In this document: positions 25,172 through 39,166 of the stretch, one piece after another | How the letters are laid out: each line of letters begins with the position of its first letter | Numbering within the stretch: position 1 is the stretch's first letter | Origin: Eimeria praecox | Lineage: Eukaryota | Assembly: GCA_963920595.1 (NCBI GenBank) | Contig: OY986949.1 | Span: 744,001-808,000, forward strand | DNA: 64,000 nucleotides | Direction of reading: 5' to 3' | Program-made: the position numbers and the translations under genes | Notes under the pieces: generated by a model | The model's database searches: none | Told to the model about the DNA's origin: nothing | What the model saw: the letters and a program-made list of their open reading frames with translations, nothing else

Positions 25172-27225
25172 TCGCAGGGTCATTGTAGTATTAGCATCTT
25201 GCCTCATTGTCCAACTTACAGGCAGCGAAATGGGCCCCATAAGCGCATATAAAACAAATGTTTTTACACTCTCCTGCCGACGTGCGGTAATAGCATAGGT
25301 ACTTTGGGTTCTTGTAAGCTGTTTCCTCGGATAGTACGTAGAGACAGCGCTGTCTATGCTTGCGTTTGCGAGCCTGTTTTCGATCGTGGCTCCAGGAAGA
25401 ACGGCGCATATCAGAGGCTGAGAGGTATCGCCTGCAGCACGAATATTGGCTGCTGGCCTAGACAGCAGGAGGGGGCATGGCTGTTTCTGCCAGGTGCATC
25501 CTTGCGTTTAGTGTATTCTGGTTATCTGCTGTCCCAAGTACTGAGTTTTTCTTGACTCCCATTTGCTACGATGTGCGTAGTGACATTATGTAGCAGTTGC
25601 CACCATTGCAGAGGGAGTCCTCACTGTAGTTTCTCTGCCTTTAGGGCATCCCTAGACAGCATCGAGCAGGTTTACGGTGGCATGAAGCATATAGACGGTC
25701 CAAGGGAATGGTTGAATCGTGTTTTGTGGCAACTCGAAAGGAGTGGGCCGTCGAAGGGCGGATGGGGGTCTACTAACTCTGCTACTAACCCTAAGTACAG
25801 AGTTCATTATCAGCAGCAGCTAAACAGTTTTCGAACGTTCAGTCCTTGGTTTCTTTACGAGGCTGCCGAGTAGCAGTGCATAGATTAAAGGACTGGTTTT
25901 CGGTGGTATGCGCCTCCCCAAGCTGCTTTTCTGATGAGAGCTTTCCATACAACGCTCATGGAACAGTTTGCAGGCGAAAGGGTAATCTCGTACTGAAGTG
26001 TTGATTCTGGTCATGGGGTCGGGATGGGGCACAGCTGTTTCTGAGTTGTTTGAACATCGGCAACCCAGCGACTCTTGATACTGTTCTAAGGAATACGGTT
26101 GAACAGGAACGGAATAGTGAGGCAGCCATATAGGAATCCGTACGGTTGACGAAGAGTTGCAGAAGCGAAGGGCCAGCCACTGGGCAGATGAAGAAGACGT
26201 GCTGTAAGTTCATCTAAGGCTGCAGCGCTGTTTGGGTGATTTCTGCACCATCAGAGGCATCCTGTTTAAGCTGCCATTCTCATACCTTCAGCCTTTTTAT
26301 CTTACACGAAGGTAAGCAGTGGGAAAGGAGCACACAAAGCTTGCTACATTTAGAATATAGGAATGTAGCGCATATGCTTACAGAAACAGCCACGTCAATT
26401 TATGGTAGCCGCGAAGTCGTATAAAGAACAGCAAGCGGTTCATCTACTACTGTGCATCTGCAGGCACAATGCTTCCACTAGCACTGGCGAGTAGGCGCTA
26501 ACCGAGCGGGAAACCTACGAGTCAAGATGCGTTAATCGTAAAACCACATAGAAGTGACCAGCACCATACTGGTGACTGTAAAGTACACTAAAGTGGGCGG
26601 ATGGTGCTCAGCATGGCAGCTGTCGCACATCAGCCAGCGAGCCCGAGGCAGTAATTGGATGTGGGAACTGAAAAAGAAGGCCGGCTTATATGTCTAGCTC
26701 TTCAAACCCTCACAGTGTATTGTATTTCATGTTAGTGTTATATATGTGAGGAAGCAATGCGGGAGTATGGAGAACAGCAAAGAAGAATTGGTCTGCTCTT
26801 AGTGCCGAGGCCTTGCTGGTCCACTGGGCGTATTCTCGGTTGCTCACTGTGCATTTTGATCTTGAAAGTCCTGTCTCCTGGCGTTCATGTAGTGGTATTG
26901 ATAAAACTAAACAAAAATGTTGAAGCCTTGAAAGCTGAATATCGAACTCGTTCAATGCATGGAAGGCGTGCTAGCTTGCGGAGGGCAGTGCGCAGCATGA
27001 GGGTCTACGGCGCCTTTACTGGTCTGCTGTCGGCTGCACCAGTGAACAAGAAGAAGACAAGTGGCCATTGAAACTAAATTAGAATAGTCTTACATGCATT
27101 TTTCAGGGCACATTTGCTGGCATATTTGCCCTTTTCGTGTATTTAGCCTTGCAGAGAATCGGAATCGGAAGAGACGGGTCCAAAGTACGCTTATGGGCTG
27201 AACGGAGGACGAAACAGCACTGAAA

Positions 27226-28917
27226 ATGGCTTTGCTTCCAATTTTGCTCATCTTTACTTATTCCCTTTTGCTTCTCGGGGCTCAATCAGTTAAATGGAAC
27301 AATCGAATAAGCTCTCTTATGTCTCCTGAATACGTCTCGGCCTTGGGGGCTAAGGAAGCTGCCCGGCGAGCGAGCGACAGTCATATCGAGGCTTCAAAAT
27401 TGAGAGGAGAGACCCTCTCTGCTCACTCTTTAGTTCAACAATGGGCGGAGAGACAGCACCAGTTGTCTTCTGCAGGAGGCACTATTCCTCAGTTAGGGGT
27501 TGCCGCAGAATCCGAATGGGACTACAAGGAGCACGGGGCTGACTGGACACAAGGGAAGTGCAAAACAGGCACACGCCAATCGCCTGTTGATCTGCACATT
27601 GAGGGCTTGGAAGAACCGCCTCAAAAGAACATGACACAGCTTTATGTGAGCGCTTTCTCTGGTGAGCGAGCAGCCTCGATGCCTTCCAAGCTGTGGAAGA
27701 AAGGCGACTTCTTTTACACCTATCCTAACCAGCTGAGCAATGTCTTGTTGTATAGAACAGATAAGGTATTTCAACTTCGTTCTGCTGGAGAAGGTCTTGT
27801 TCCCCTAGGGGCAATGTTTGGCTCGGACACGACCGAGATGTTCGTTGCTCATCAGATTTTGTTTCATTCTCCCAGTGAGCATACATTTCAAGGAGCAGCC
27901 AACAGACGGGAGATAGAGATGCAAATATGGCACTATTCTAATGATCTGCTGTCAATGGAAGCCAGCAAGAGTGTAAACGTCACTTCTCTCCCCTACTTGG
28001 CGCTCTTCGCCCAGAGTAGCGTCAACCTGCCTGAAGTTGAACGAGCGGTGGCTGAGAACAGCAAAAATGGACGGGACCCTTCTCTTCCTTCTTCGCATTG
28101 GAGAGTTATTTCTTTGACCTTCATGAGCGAAGAACTCGACCAAGCAAGCCTTGAGGAACTGAGGGGACTCCCATCAGAAAAACTCTTGAGAACGCTACTG
28201 ATGGCAGACATCTCAAACAAACGAACGCAAGGTACGTTGCAAAAACAAGCCACTTCTGTTCAAAAACGTATGCCGCTTTGTCCGTGTTGGGGGAATGTGT
28301 TGTTTTGGTCTTTCTTGCTGTGGCATACCCCGTCTACCGGACGATTCAGAAGCTTTGCCGATTCCCTTGAGGGAAATGCTTGACAATTTGCACTCTGTGT
28401 GCTTTTTCTTGCCTGTCTTCAGGAGAATCCGAGCTGCTTGAGCTTCCTCACCCATTGAACCTGCAGTCGTTGATGATGATGCATGATGATGCTACAACTG
28501 ACAAATCAGGAGTTCTTTGCTTACGACGGGAGCCACACTATGCCTGGATGTGAAGAGAATGTAAGGTGGTATGTGGCGCGCCAGCCTTTGCCTGTAGCTA
28601 CAGACACCATGCTGAGGTTCTATAAAATGTTAAATCCCAAGACTCTTAAATCGGTTAAAGAAAAAGATGGGAACTTTCGCCAGCTGCAAAACGTTGAAGG
28701 CAACATGCACAACGATGGGAACGTTTTCTTAGTGCAGGGCTTTCCTCTGCAAGTGCTCATTGCAGATAGTCTGGGGTTTACAAACATGTCAGACCAGGCA
28801 GAGGTCAATGCCAGCACGTTCCAGGGATGGTTTCAAGAGAGCAGCGCAATTTCTGTGCCAGTTTGCTTGCCCTTGGTTGCAGTTTCCATGTCACTTTTTG
28901 TGGGTTTGACGTTGTAA
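27226..28917 (+). CDS. Alpha-carbonic-anhydrase-related protein with signal peptide and C-terminal hydrophobic (GPI-like) tail
   Basis: Exons 27226-28231 and 28423-28917. Motifs: WDYKEHGADW, CKTGTRQSPVDL, FHSPSEHT, EIEMQIWH, YDGSHTMPGCEENVRW, NFRQLQ. A 10-bp duplication at 28473-28492 shifts the frame. Confidence 0.88.
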
Positions 28918-31064
28918 AAAATTCACCGATTGCATGTACAAACATTTGAGTGGTTATTGTTGAAGGAATTACACTGGAAGCAAAATTTTAGGATTTTGAT
29001 CCCTTTTTAGGAAGCGGCCAAGACCCACAACCATTCGAGTCTGAGGGCTCTGCGCTGCTTTGTGGCCCAAGTTGTTCTTGGTGCCTGACAATGCGTTTTG
29101 ATGCCCGCAGCACATTTTCACCAATGAGTCTGCATGGCTAATTTATGGTGCCACAGAGGGCCCGCCATGCTGGATCCTCCAGCATTATATACTTCAACCC
29201 GCAATCTACTTCCAGCCATGAAAACCGTTAAATAAAAAGTCTACTTTATTAAGCTTGCAGTTTCTCAAAGTACACACGTTTGTCAGTACAGTTCAAACCT
29301 AAATTTGAACCGAGTGATTTGCTATAGTAGCGAAGCAGCTGACGAAGCATGAAACAGCATGTGCACAGGTAAGATGCAAAGCAAAACAAGCATTGATGCA
29401 TCCACGTGAAATATCTAAAGAAGCCACTTGCGTTAATTTGCACACCATCAGGCAAATGTTCTATGCACAATGAATAGCAAGGGCGATTGCATGTGAATGG
29501 CAAGGACCTCAAGGATACTGCGTTAGCTAGTCTTCTCAGATCCTTTCACGAGAGAAATTTGGGACATTGAACAGCTGTAAAGCAGTAGATCTTAAAGACC
29601 TCTTCTGTGCCGGTGAACTTACCAGACACTGAGAGCCTGCTTAGCTATTCAAGAACTGCAAGCAAACTGTTTGCTTGCATTCCTTCCGACGCTTTCCTCA
29701 GGCATGCCAGAATACCGGCTCACCTCTTTTGCACGGAATTTACCCCTGTTACCTTCCTCACACACAAAAGAACAGTTTCGAAAGGCAGCAGAGGCAGTCG
29801 CAACGGTATGTACTGCTGTTGCCCCTCTGATGCACTTCAAAATCATATTGTCACATCCAGAGATGCACTCAGATGCGGTTACCCGCAGAGCATCACCTGG
29901 AGAAATTATACCAACGAGCGAGATAAATGCTTCCATTCACTCAAAAAAGCACATAAAACGCCATTTGTCGTTCACTGTGCCTATGCATACCATATTTAAG
30001 CTGCCACGTATCGTTGAATAATGGAAGAACTGCACCTCAATACTATGCTGCAAAGAGTTTATAACAACTCGGTGCAGCTAAGCTAACCACTATTGACCAT
30101 CGAAAAATTGGTGTTTCTGCGTTCTAATTGCTTTGCCTCTACATATACCTTCCCCCTACATATATAGTCGCATACGGCCATGCGGTGCCGACTGCTGTCT
30201 AGAGCCACCCGATTCAAGGAAATACAGCTGATTTTAACGGAGCGGTACCGAGGTCAGCCAAGGCTTGTTTAGGTCCAAAAAAGGAAATGGTCGCCAGTTG
30301 CTGTTACAAGAGGAATTGGCTGGAAACAAACATTCCTGGAACATAAGTCCCCGTTGTTTTCCCTCCAGATGCTTCGTCCCTAACTAATTGGGCACCATAA
30401 ACGTTGTCAACTGACAGAAAGAACACTGAGCTAGACGATGAGAAGCCAAAGGGCTGCTGCACGGCATTAATTAAACCCTGCTGGTAGCTCCGAAAATGTC
30501 TTATCAGACTGGTTGGAGGACCCCACTGGGACATTTCGAACCCAGATAAATCACATGCTGGCTAGCTTGCTTAGCTAGCGCCCTAAAACTCTGTGCACGG
30601 GAAGCAGATCGAATGTGAGAGGCTGGTGCGTCCAGCCAAGACACACTGCCTCCCTGTTGATTGTGTGTTTTGCGCCAAGACTGCCATAAATCCCTTCAGC
30701 CACCAAACCACCACTTGTAAAGGTCGTCTGGCAGCACTTGAGCACTTAGCACGAGGCACGATGCAAACCACGACAGGCCGGAGGGGGGCGGCGCACGCAG
30801 AGCAACCGTTCAACCCAGACACAGACTATACAGAACACCATTCACTTGGAAACGCGAAGCAGAGGGTGAGCCACTAGTCCCTTAACAGAACTATACAGCC
30901 GCTCACATGCTCCAATCACTGTTGATGTTGCCTGCTACTCCTGCTGCTGTACCTGCACTGCAGAATGAAATCACGCAGCACCACTTGCTGTCTTTGCGAC
31001 AACGTACGGTAGTCATTGTGTAGCATGCACTGTTGAGGGTGTTCAACTTTACAGTGATCGCCCC

Positions 31065-33612
31065 TCAGACATCGGTTTCCTGGTTTCTCAGTTCCGGACG
31101 GTCCTTTTGGTCTTTCTTTGACTTTGCCTGTTGCTCCTTCTTCTCCTGTGCCGCAAGCCTTTTTTCCTCTGCTTCCTGCTTGGCCATATCCCGAGCTGCC
31201 TGTGGCCAGAAGGGATGTGGGTCCGCGCGCTTCTTACACAAGAGCAGCAGCAGCACAAGGAAGTTGATGCCGCAAAGCACCAACATAATCAGACAGGGGT
31301 AGTAATAGACAGAATGGAAAACCTCCACAACAAGCTTCTGCATGGGGATTTTCAACAGCGAAAGGAAGCCGGCTATCAAGTGAATAGTCCCCACAATCTT
31401 TCCGAAGTGAGAGGACGAGAACGTGTCGGACACGAAACAGTAGCTCTGTGAGCTGTAAAAGGATACGTAACAAATATAAAGGATAGCTGAAAAATACGCA
31501 GTAGGCAGCGCTGGAATCATGCTGAACCCATACGCCAAGGTTATGCAGGTATTCAGGAAGAACAAAATGGGCATGATGCCAACCATGTCTACGACCTTGC
31601 CTATTACCTAAAATGATTCAAAAACACACGCAAGAACCCTTAAGAGCTGCAGGCACTCCAGCCATGAGCCTATTAAACTCTATTCTATAAAGCACAACGT
31701 GGATGATATCCGCATAAAGGAAGTGTTCTCTGTACTCTACTTGTTGTGTGCGAACATATATCTATTCGTTCCGCACTTACAATGCACGGGAATAGGGAGA
31801 AGGGCAAGGCAGCTCCCATGAAGTCGTTGACCTCCTTTCCGAGTAGATTTTCGGCCGCCGTGGTGAAAAAGGCATACATGATAGCTTTAATGATAGAGTA
31901 GACCACGATATAGATGGCATAGGGCGACGTGAATTGTTTAATGAACGAAGCGGGCTTCTCTTCTCTACCTGCAGCTAGCTGGTCTAGCGTCTCTGCGTTC
32001 CCGGCACCTCCCGTTGCTACGCTCATTCGCGTTGCTTGGTAAATAGCTGGCACCTCTTCCGTTTCGTCAGCGACGGGCGGGTTGTTCGCAACTTTATTTT
32101 GCTTGTCATCTTGAGTTTTCTTATTCTCGTCTACTCCTCACCTTCAGACATGGTCTTCTTTCCCTGTTCCCTGGCAGCCCCCTGACGAGGCACATCAAGG
32201 AAATTTTTGCTCCTGCGGCCTGGTTCGGAAGAAGTGGCCCCCGAATGCCCGTCGTGTCCATAAAGCGGCCACTGCCCTTCATGAAAACTGCTGAAGCTGT
32301 CGCGCCATGCGTGGGCTTCTATGGAGGCAAACGAGTCGTTGACCCTTTGGATAGGATGATGGTAGTCACCACCCTGTTCCATTTCCGTAAATTCGTTCCA
32401 GGGCTTGAAATGCTTATAGGGGATTAAAAATAAGGATACGATGAAGCACAACCCTGAAAAGCGCCCCAAACAGGAACATGGTATGCTCCTCAATATGATT
32501 CCGCTACATGGCAGTGGGTGTATCATGAAAGACCTAGTAGTGCGCTCGTGTAGGGAAGGAACGAACAGCACGAAGCACGCAGAGGAGCGTTAACTCAGAT
32601 GCAGTGCTTCTGAAAACCCCCGCAAGAGCAAGAACACATGATCGACGTAAGCATAGGACAAAGCACTCAAAAATAACATTGAACGCACCTGGTCCCATAA
32701 GAGCATAGCCTAGGCAAACCTCTCTCAGGCCTATACCAGGATTGGCCACCTCTATCTTGTCCAAAATTGTAGGGACAGCGAAACTGGCGCTCTTGGACGC
32801 TCCGAGAATGGCCACAATTAGCCTGCAAAACGACCATGAACGGATGGAAACGAAATAGGGGAATAGCACAAGAGAGCATACCCCGGAGCACTAGGCGGGT
32901 AGAACCACAAGGTGGAAGGTGAAACTACTCTCGAACTAAACCGACCGTATACCGTACCCTTCGTGTCCAGGGAAGAGGTTGGCTGACGAGAGAAGGGGCA
33001 AATACCCTATATCTGACCCTATGCCCATAAATATGAATGCCGCTATGTACGTTTGTGCCGACTCGGATCCGAAGGCAAGCAATACCCAGGCAAGCGCGTT
33101 CATGAGCTGGCCTACAGCAGCTGTTATGCGCGGCCCCAGGTAATCAAGCAGGAGACCGGCAGCGAGGGAGAAGGAGAATGCAAAGGCCAAGCATGTTACA
33201 AATATATTTCCAACTGCTGAATTCTGAGCCTCACATATGTACCTCTTCCCCCCATGTATTGGCTCTCTCATATCTGGGTTCCCCTCCGCCAGGTATTGGT
33301 CGCACAGCCAGGCATAGGCGTTAGACCTGAAGAGCAAATTTGAGAGGTTGGCCAGGCGAAGTATACACGAGCCGTCAAAAACGCGTAGATAACATACGTC
33401 ACCAGCACAAAATAACGCCCAACTCCACAAGGTTTCCGCTGCGTCTTTGCAGCCAGGACTGCGGGTGTGTTCTCCACGTGAGCTATTGCCCCCTGTAGCA
33501 GCTTGCGAAAGAATCCCAAGAATCCCTTCTTCCCGTTGCCCTCAGAAGAGGCCGAAGCGTTGCTGGAGCCCCCATTTGGCCGGCTCGGCAGCTTAGCCGC
33601 GGGAGCTGGCAT
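31065..33612 (-). CDS. Apicomplexan amino acid transporter (ApiAT/NPT, MFS fold)
   Basis: Multi-TM exons: YFAWPNLSNLLFRSNAYAWLC, ICEAQNSAV, AGLLLDYLGPRIT, SANLFPG, SFIKQFTSPY, DTFSSSHFGKIVG. Apparent 1-nt frameshifts near 33350 and 32135. Confidence 0.85.
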
Positions 33613-35148
33613 TTGCCCAATATGGGAAGGCAACAGTGCTTCCGCCAAGTGAAAGTTGTGAAAAAGAAGTGCCAAAGATCTCGAAACATAACACAAGGTC
33701 CAAGAAAAAGGCAAAATCGACGAGGAAAATGGGAGCACTGCCGAAAAAGTTGCACGTCAAGCGAATGAATGAATGCAACTGCGGCGGTGCTGAGTGCGCC
33801 TCAATAGATCTGTCTGAAGGTCAGTTCCTTCTTCAAGAAGAAATCTGATCGCAATTAGTCCTCCTTCTACAGGTTAAAAGCGAAATGTCAGTAGTGTATA
33901 TCCGGCTGGGAAACAGCCACCGAGAGGGCACTGCTGTGCTCGTTGGAAGCACTTCGCTGAAAAATGCCAATTCAAGCAACTTGCTGATGGCTCCGAGGCT
34001 AATTATGATAGTCGAGATTGTAAAAGAAAATAATATACCGTTTAATTGCCGGTTTGCGAATGGGTCACCGCTGTTAAGCATCAGTGAGAGACTGCAAGCC
34101 TTCGGTGGGGCTTGCAAGCGTGAAGTCGAAGGGCGAGCTGTAGCGAGCTATGGTCACAAAACGGCTGCATTTTGGAGGAAATCCCCACGATTACTAGGTA
34201 AGTGGAATAATTTTGCACAGATACTGTCAAATGAAATCCAATTACACCGTTACATCTCTTCTTGCTTCGCGTGCCCCCCTCTTCCCCACAGCAAGGATTC
34301 TGGGAATGCGCAGCTTGCTAACTGCGAAGCAAAGGTGTACATCCCATGCAATATGCACCATTTTCACGTGAATTAGATTTATAAAATGGGCTTAGGATTT
34401 ACTGCAACAAACTAGACATGCAGCAAAATTGGTGAGAGCTGACGGGAAGGACGAGGGCGTGGTGTGCAAGGAGAGTTCTCGATCTTAGCCGAATATCACC
34501 ATGAGCTGCCTAGAGCCAAAGTTCTTGAGAAAAAAAGTTAATTCAAGGGAGCTCACCTTCGCTTCAGTACCTATGCATTCTGGGCCCAGTGGCACAAATG
34601 TTTAGGGCTAGTGCGGAGGGGTTAGGGAGATTAGGGCCTCTTTGCCGCTGCAGGGCAAGCGCACATGAAAGCACGCGCAGTCCGCTTTTCGATGCACGCA
34701 TCAGCACGCCATCGAAGTACAGAAACTTTCCTGGCTCTCTGCCTCCAGCATGAGCACAAATATGGGAGCCTCCATCCACGCCGGAGTAACCCCTCCGTAG
34801 TAGGTGCTGCCGTTTAATTCCTGCGTCATCCCGGAGCAAAACTTAATGTCTCCTGGGGCCAGATTTTATTTGTGCAGTTGTATTTGCGTGCGCCTCATGC
34901 GCACTAGCGAGTATTCCGGTGGTTCTTGCATGGCCATACGCCAGCGACATGCTTGCATGCATGCTGTAAGGTGCCCGCTTACAAGTTACACTAGGAAGTT
35001 CGGTACTCCACCACGTGGAGAACGGCACGTAAAGTCGTGCTGAGCTAAAAAGGCTGCCGTTCTAGGGCCTTGTCTGCCACCTTGCTCACCTCTTGCAAAA
35101 AATAGTCGAATACTCGTTGTGATCGACGACAATGAACCTATCGTAGAG

Positions 35149-35198
35149 AATCAACTCAACGCGAACTCACCATATTGTGAGTTCACGTTGAGTTGATT
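35149..35198. repeat. Inverted repeat/hairpin, 22-bp arms (1 mismatch), 6-nt loop
   Basis: AATCAACTCAACGCGAACTCAC-CATATT-GTGAGTTCACGTTGAGTTGATT. Confidence 0.9.
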
Positions 35199-35719
35199 AT
35201 CCGCGGGCACCGCTGCATTTACACCGTCTCTAGTGCGTTCCTGTTGCTTACGGTTTACGCACGGCATTCGCCCGTTTGCTATGCAGCTGAGCGTTGTTAA
35301 GGGATACACCTTACGACTTTGCAACCTGTTGCCGTTTTGGTATCCATGGTCTACCTACCCTTGCCGTCGAACAGCACGCTTGTGGTTGGCGTAGATACTA
35401 CGGCCCGCCTGGCATTTTTTTGTGCCCGCTTTTTTTTCATGCAAGTTATGTGTGGAGACTGAAGGGATGACTTCACCAGCAGGGAGCATATTTTCTGCTT
35501 GTTTACATCGTACAGTGATCGGAAGACTCTAAAAAGCTGGGATCAGAGATAGCATTTGGATCCTACTCTTCCAGGTGGCAGACACAAGGCCACCGACTTT
35601 CATCTCAGTTCCTGGTAAGTAGGTCTAGCGTTCGACCTCTAATGCTAGCTCATAGCATCCGCTACATTATGTCCTACATTAATATTTCAACGTGAATCGT
35701 TCCTATTTCTGACGGGCCT

Positions 35720-38350
35720 TTAGCTCGGCGCGGAAGCATGGTGACAGCGTGAAGCCATAACCTTAAGCGTACAATGCATCTCTACACTCTTTAAACCAAA
35801 TTCAATTTGTTCTTCAGCCGAGACGCTTCCAGCTGGTGTCAATGGTTGGGCAACGCGCTTCCGCTTCTTGGATTTAGCCTCCGGCGCAGCCCCTAGCTTG
35901 CGGGTGAGGACGCAGGTGCGAGCTTTCAGCTCGTCACCGAGTCCCCCAGCCTTTCGCCTACTGCCTGCCTCTGTACTTGCGGAACAATCCGCTGAATCGC
36001 CCCTGTCGCTGTCGCCCTCTTCTTCTAACTCTGAGCTAGTCGAGTCCGACTCATCGGTGCTACTCTCACTTGCTGCTTGTTCCTTTGTTTGCTTGTGTCG
36101 CCTTACTCCCCCAGCCGCCTGTCCGCCACCAGCTAGAAGACACGTGAGCTTCTGTTTCAGAAATACCTGCATCACGTCGCATGCGCGCACTAAAGGAATT
36201 TGTGTGCTTGCCGTTTCAAGCAGACAGCACCGCAGCCATACTACAAGAGGATTATCTTACTTGCTTGCAGAGTTTTACGCGATTTAGCATTGAAAACGTA
36301 AGCATAACGCCCCAACCCACAGCAATCAGATGTTCTCCGGAAGGATCTAGCCCCAGGCCTGTAGCAGAGACACACGGACAAAATACACACTGGGACTTGC
36401 GCAAACAATCGTGCGCGCCAGAACCGTCATGACTAACACCAACAAGGAATGTTGGTAAGCCGCACCGAGAATTGCTCCCATGGCTCCTTTAAACCCTCCT
36501 AAAGAAACGGCGCCAAGCTGCAAGTCAATGCATGCAGCGGTAGAAACTGGATGATCGTTCTTCTTGGAAGAGAGCCTTTCTCGTTGCTTGTCTAGCATTG
36601 CAGCGAGAAGCTCCTCTTGACTTCAGGCGGCCGTTCTTTCTCTGCGGTAACGCTGAGGGAGCGGTAGATGAAGGATTGTACTTAGGGCAAGTCTTGTCAG
36701 CCAGGCGCAGCAAGGCAGAACCGCTCTGCACGCTCATGCCGTAGATCATCCCATAAGAGTCAGCATAGTAAACGTGGCGGATTCCTTGCCACTGCAAGAG
36801 GCCAGCAATTTCTGAGCTGCTTCGGCTGCGCAGTATTATCGCAGCTGTTATTGTTGAGGTCTTCAGGAGAGCCCTTCTTCGCCAGCAAGCGATAGTCCCT
36901 ATCTGCAGCTCTGGTAGATGTGTTGGCCGCCTCAGGGTCGCAGCAGGAGCAAGAAGCCGCAGTCTCTGCTGCATGAGCTAGTGCTACCCGGATGTCAGTC
37001 TTGCTCTGCAACACCTCTGCTGTGGGCCGGACACACAGGGCTGTTACGGGACGCTTCTCTTGCGTGGCCTCGCAAACTTCTAGTACTGGTCGGCGCTGGC
37101 AGCGCAAGTCATAGAAGCGCAATGCGCCCCTTGCAGTTCCCACAGCCAGCACCATAGGGTGTACAGGCAGCAGCCACTCCATTTTAGTTACCGATACGTC
37201 ACACCGCAGCCCCAGGAAGCTAGGCTTCACATTCTTTGCACACCAAATAGTCCTTCCATAGTCTAGGTCTACAACCTTTGCGTCGTTCTCCTTCCCGCCA
37301 AAGGCCAGTAAACTGTGACACAGGGGATGACTGCAGGCAGCCGCTATAGGGCCTGGAAGCAGGTATGCAACTCTGCAGCCGAATGACGTGCTTCTGTTCC
37401 CTGTCTGCACAGAGCATGGCCCCGCACTGGAATTCTTTTCTATGGGAAGAAACTGTACAGGTACGCAAGCCAGCCCCCGCTCAACTGCCTCATCCGGAAA
37501 TGCGGTTACTCCACCTGGCTCGCTTGACAACTCGACAATCCGAGTGTTGAAATATCCTTCCCACTCCACCACGCAGGCATGACCCTTTTGACCAACAGCA
37601 AGGAGCAGCCTGCTGGAACCACTGCTGCAGGATGAGTCCTCTTCTGCATCCCTTCCAGCCTCTGTGGGTAGTGGCAGCAGTGTACTGCGGAGCGAAGCTT
37701 CGCCTGTTGTCACACCGCTCGCTAGCCATGATTTGCAAAGCAGTGACCTAGTAAATGCACGTGATCCCGCAGATCCAAATATTGAAAGAGCCACTGGGGT
37801 TGACGGCAGCTGGAACGATCGCAAAGGCACGTGTAGCGAGTTCTCCCCCAAAAGAGGCGTGTCATGAAGCGGTGCCTCACACACGATGCTAGATGTGGCG
37901 AACCCTTCCACGGATCCGCATGCTCGACCAACTGCAATCTCTGAAACCTCCTTGCCGCTGTGGAAACATACACAGTTCACATCGCTGCGCAAACTCGTGA
38001 GCTTCAGCACCTTAACTGTGCGTGTGGTCACTAATTGTTTTCGACTGAAAATGGGCAAAAATATCACGCTGATGCGGTTACACACGGAAAACGAGTGCTC
38101 ACTTGGGAGAATTCACTCGTGCCAGCAAATGGCAGGAAACCTACGGTATCGGTAGAAAGCATCACAGATGACAGACATATTGTTCTGCCTGCATACAGAC
38201 TCACCCTGAAGGCCCTGCCCAGCAGAGGGCCGTTACTTCCAAAGAACGGCTCTGCTTGGCCCTCTTTATAATGCGCGTACGCCGGGTATCGGCGGACAGC
38301 CAGGAGAGTTCCTTGCACAGGCCCGAGTGATCCCCCACAATGAATTCCAT
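35720..38350 (-). CDS. NSA1: NSA1/WDR74-like WD40 ribosome biogenesis factor
   Basis: Motifs: MEFIVGDHSGLCK, AFGGKENDAKVVDL…IWCAKNVKP, LRFYDLRCQRRPV, YADSYGMIY, GGFKGAMGAI, VGLGRYAYVFN, VFLKQKLTCLL, and an acidic then basic tail. First intron is phase-matched (donor at 38204). Frameshifts near 36830 and 36625; the 3' end is approximate. Confidence 0.78.
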
Positions 38351-39166
38351 CCCCAGAAGCTCCTCCCCCACCCCGAAGAGATCCGCCGCCCTTTCAAGCC
38401 ACAAACAAGCTATCCACTAAATATAAATCAGCGGCGGGCATATATCCCCGCCCCTATTCAACGAGGGTCTTTCCTGGGCTAATCCATCCCATCGTCAAAC
38501 GACATTTTGAAAAATCACGAAAAACGGATGACTCGAATGGCAAGAAAGTCCTACACTTTTTATTAATTTATAAGAGAGGTCCAAAGCCAATCCATACAGC
38601 ACTTAAGTATCGAGGCCATGCGAATACGCATGGGGCCATAAGGGAACAGTTATGAGCGGCCCCACAACCCACCTTCAATGCTGTGGATAATTACTCTGTA
38701 AAATATGGCTTTGCTTAGCATTGGAGGAACTATTATTCAAAACATGTAGCCTCTTAGTATAGAGTTTGAGCCACTTATACTGCTGCAGGTAAGTATTCCA
38801 CTAGTTGCATGCCGCTTCCGTAGCGTCCGGGTGAACCTTGGAATGATACACATGGAAGGACCTTGTTATCCACTTAAAACAATATAGAGAAATAGGAAAA
38901 CTTGAGTGCCAATAATTTAACGTGTCTCTCTGCATAGCCTTCAGTTAGTAACTGCGGCATCGCCTGCATGATCCGCCGCGCGCGCTGCGTATGATCATTG
39001 CTGGTGCGTATACCTTATTAGGCTACATGAGCATTTATTTACTAGTCACAGCCAACGTAATTATGACTATGACAAATAACGGCGTACGCACAGGAGGACT
39101 ATAGTGTACAGTTACGAGCTCCCAGTCTTGTGCTCGAGTATTTACTGTAGCCTACTCTTCGTTACA

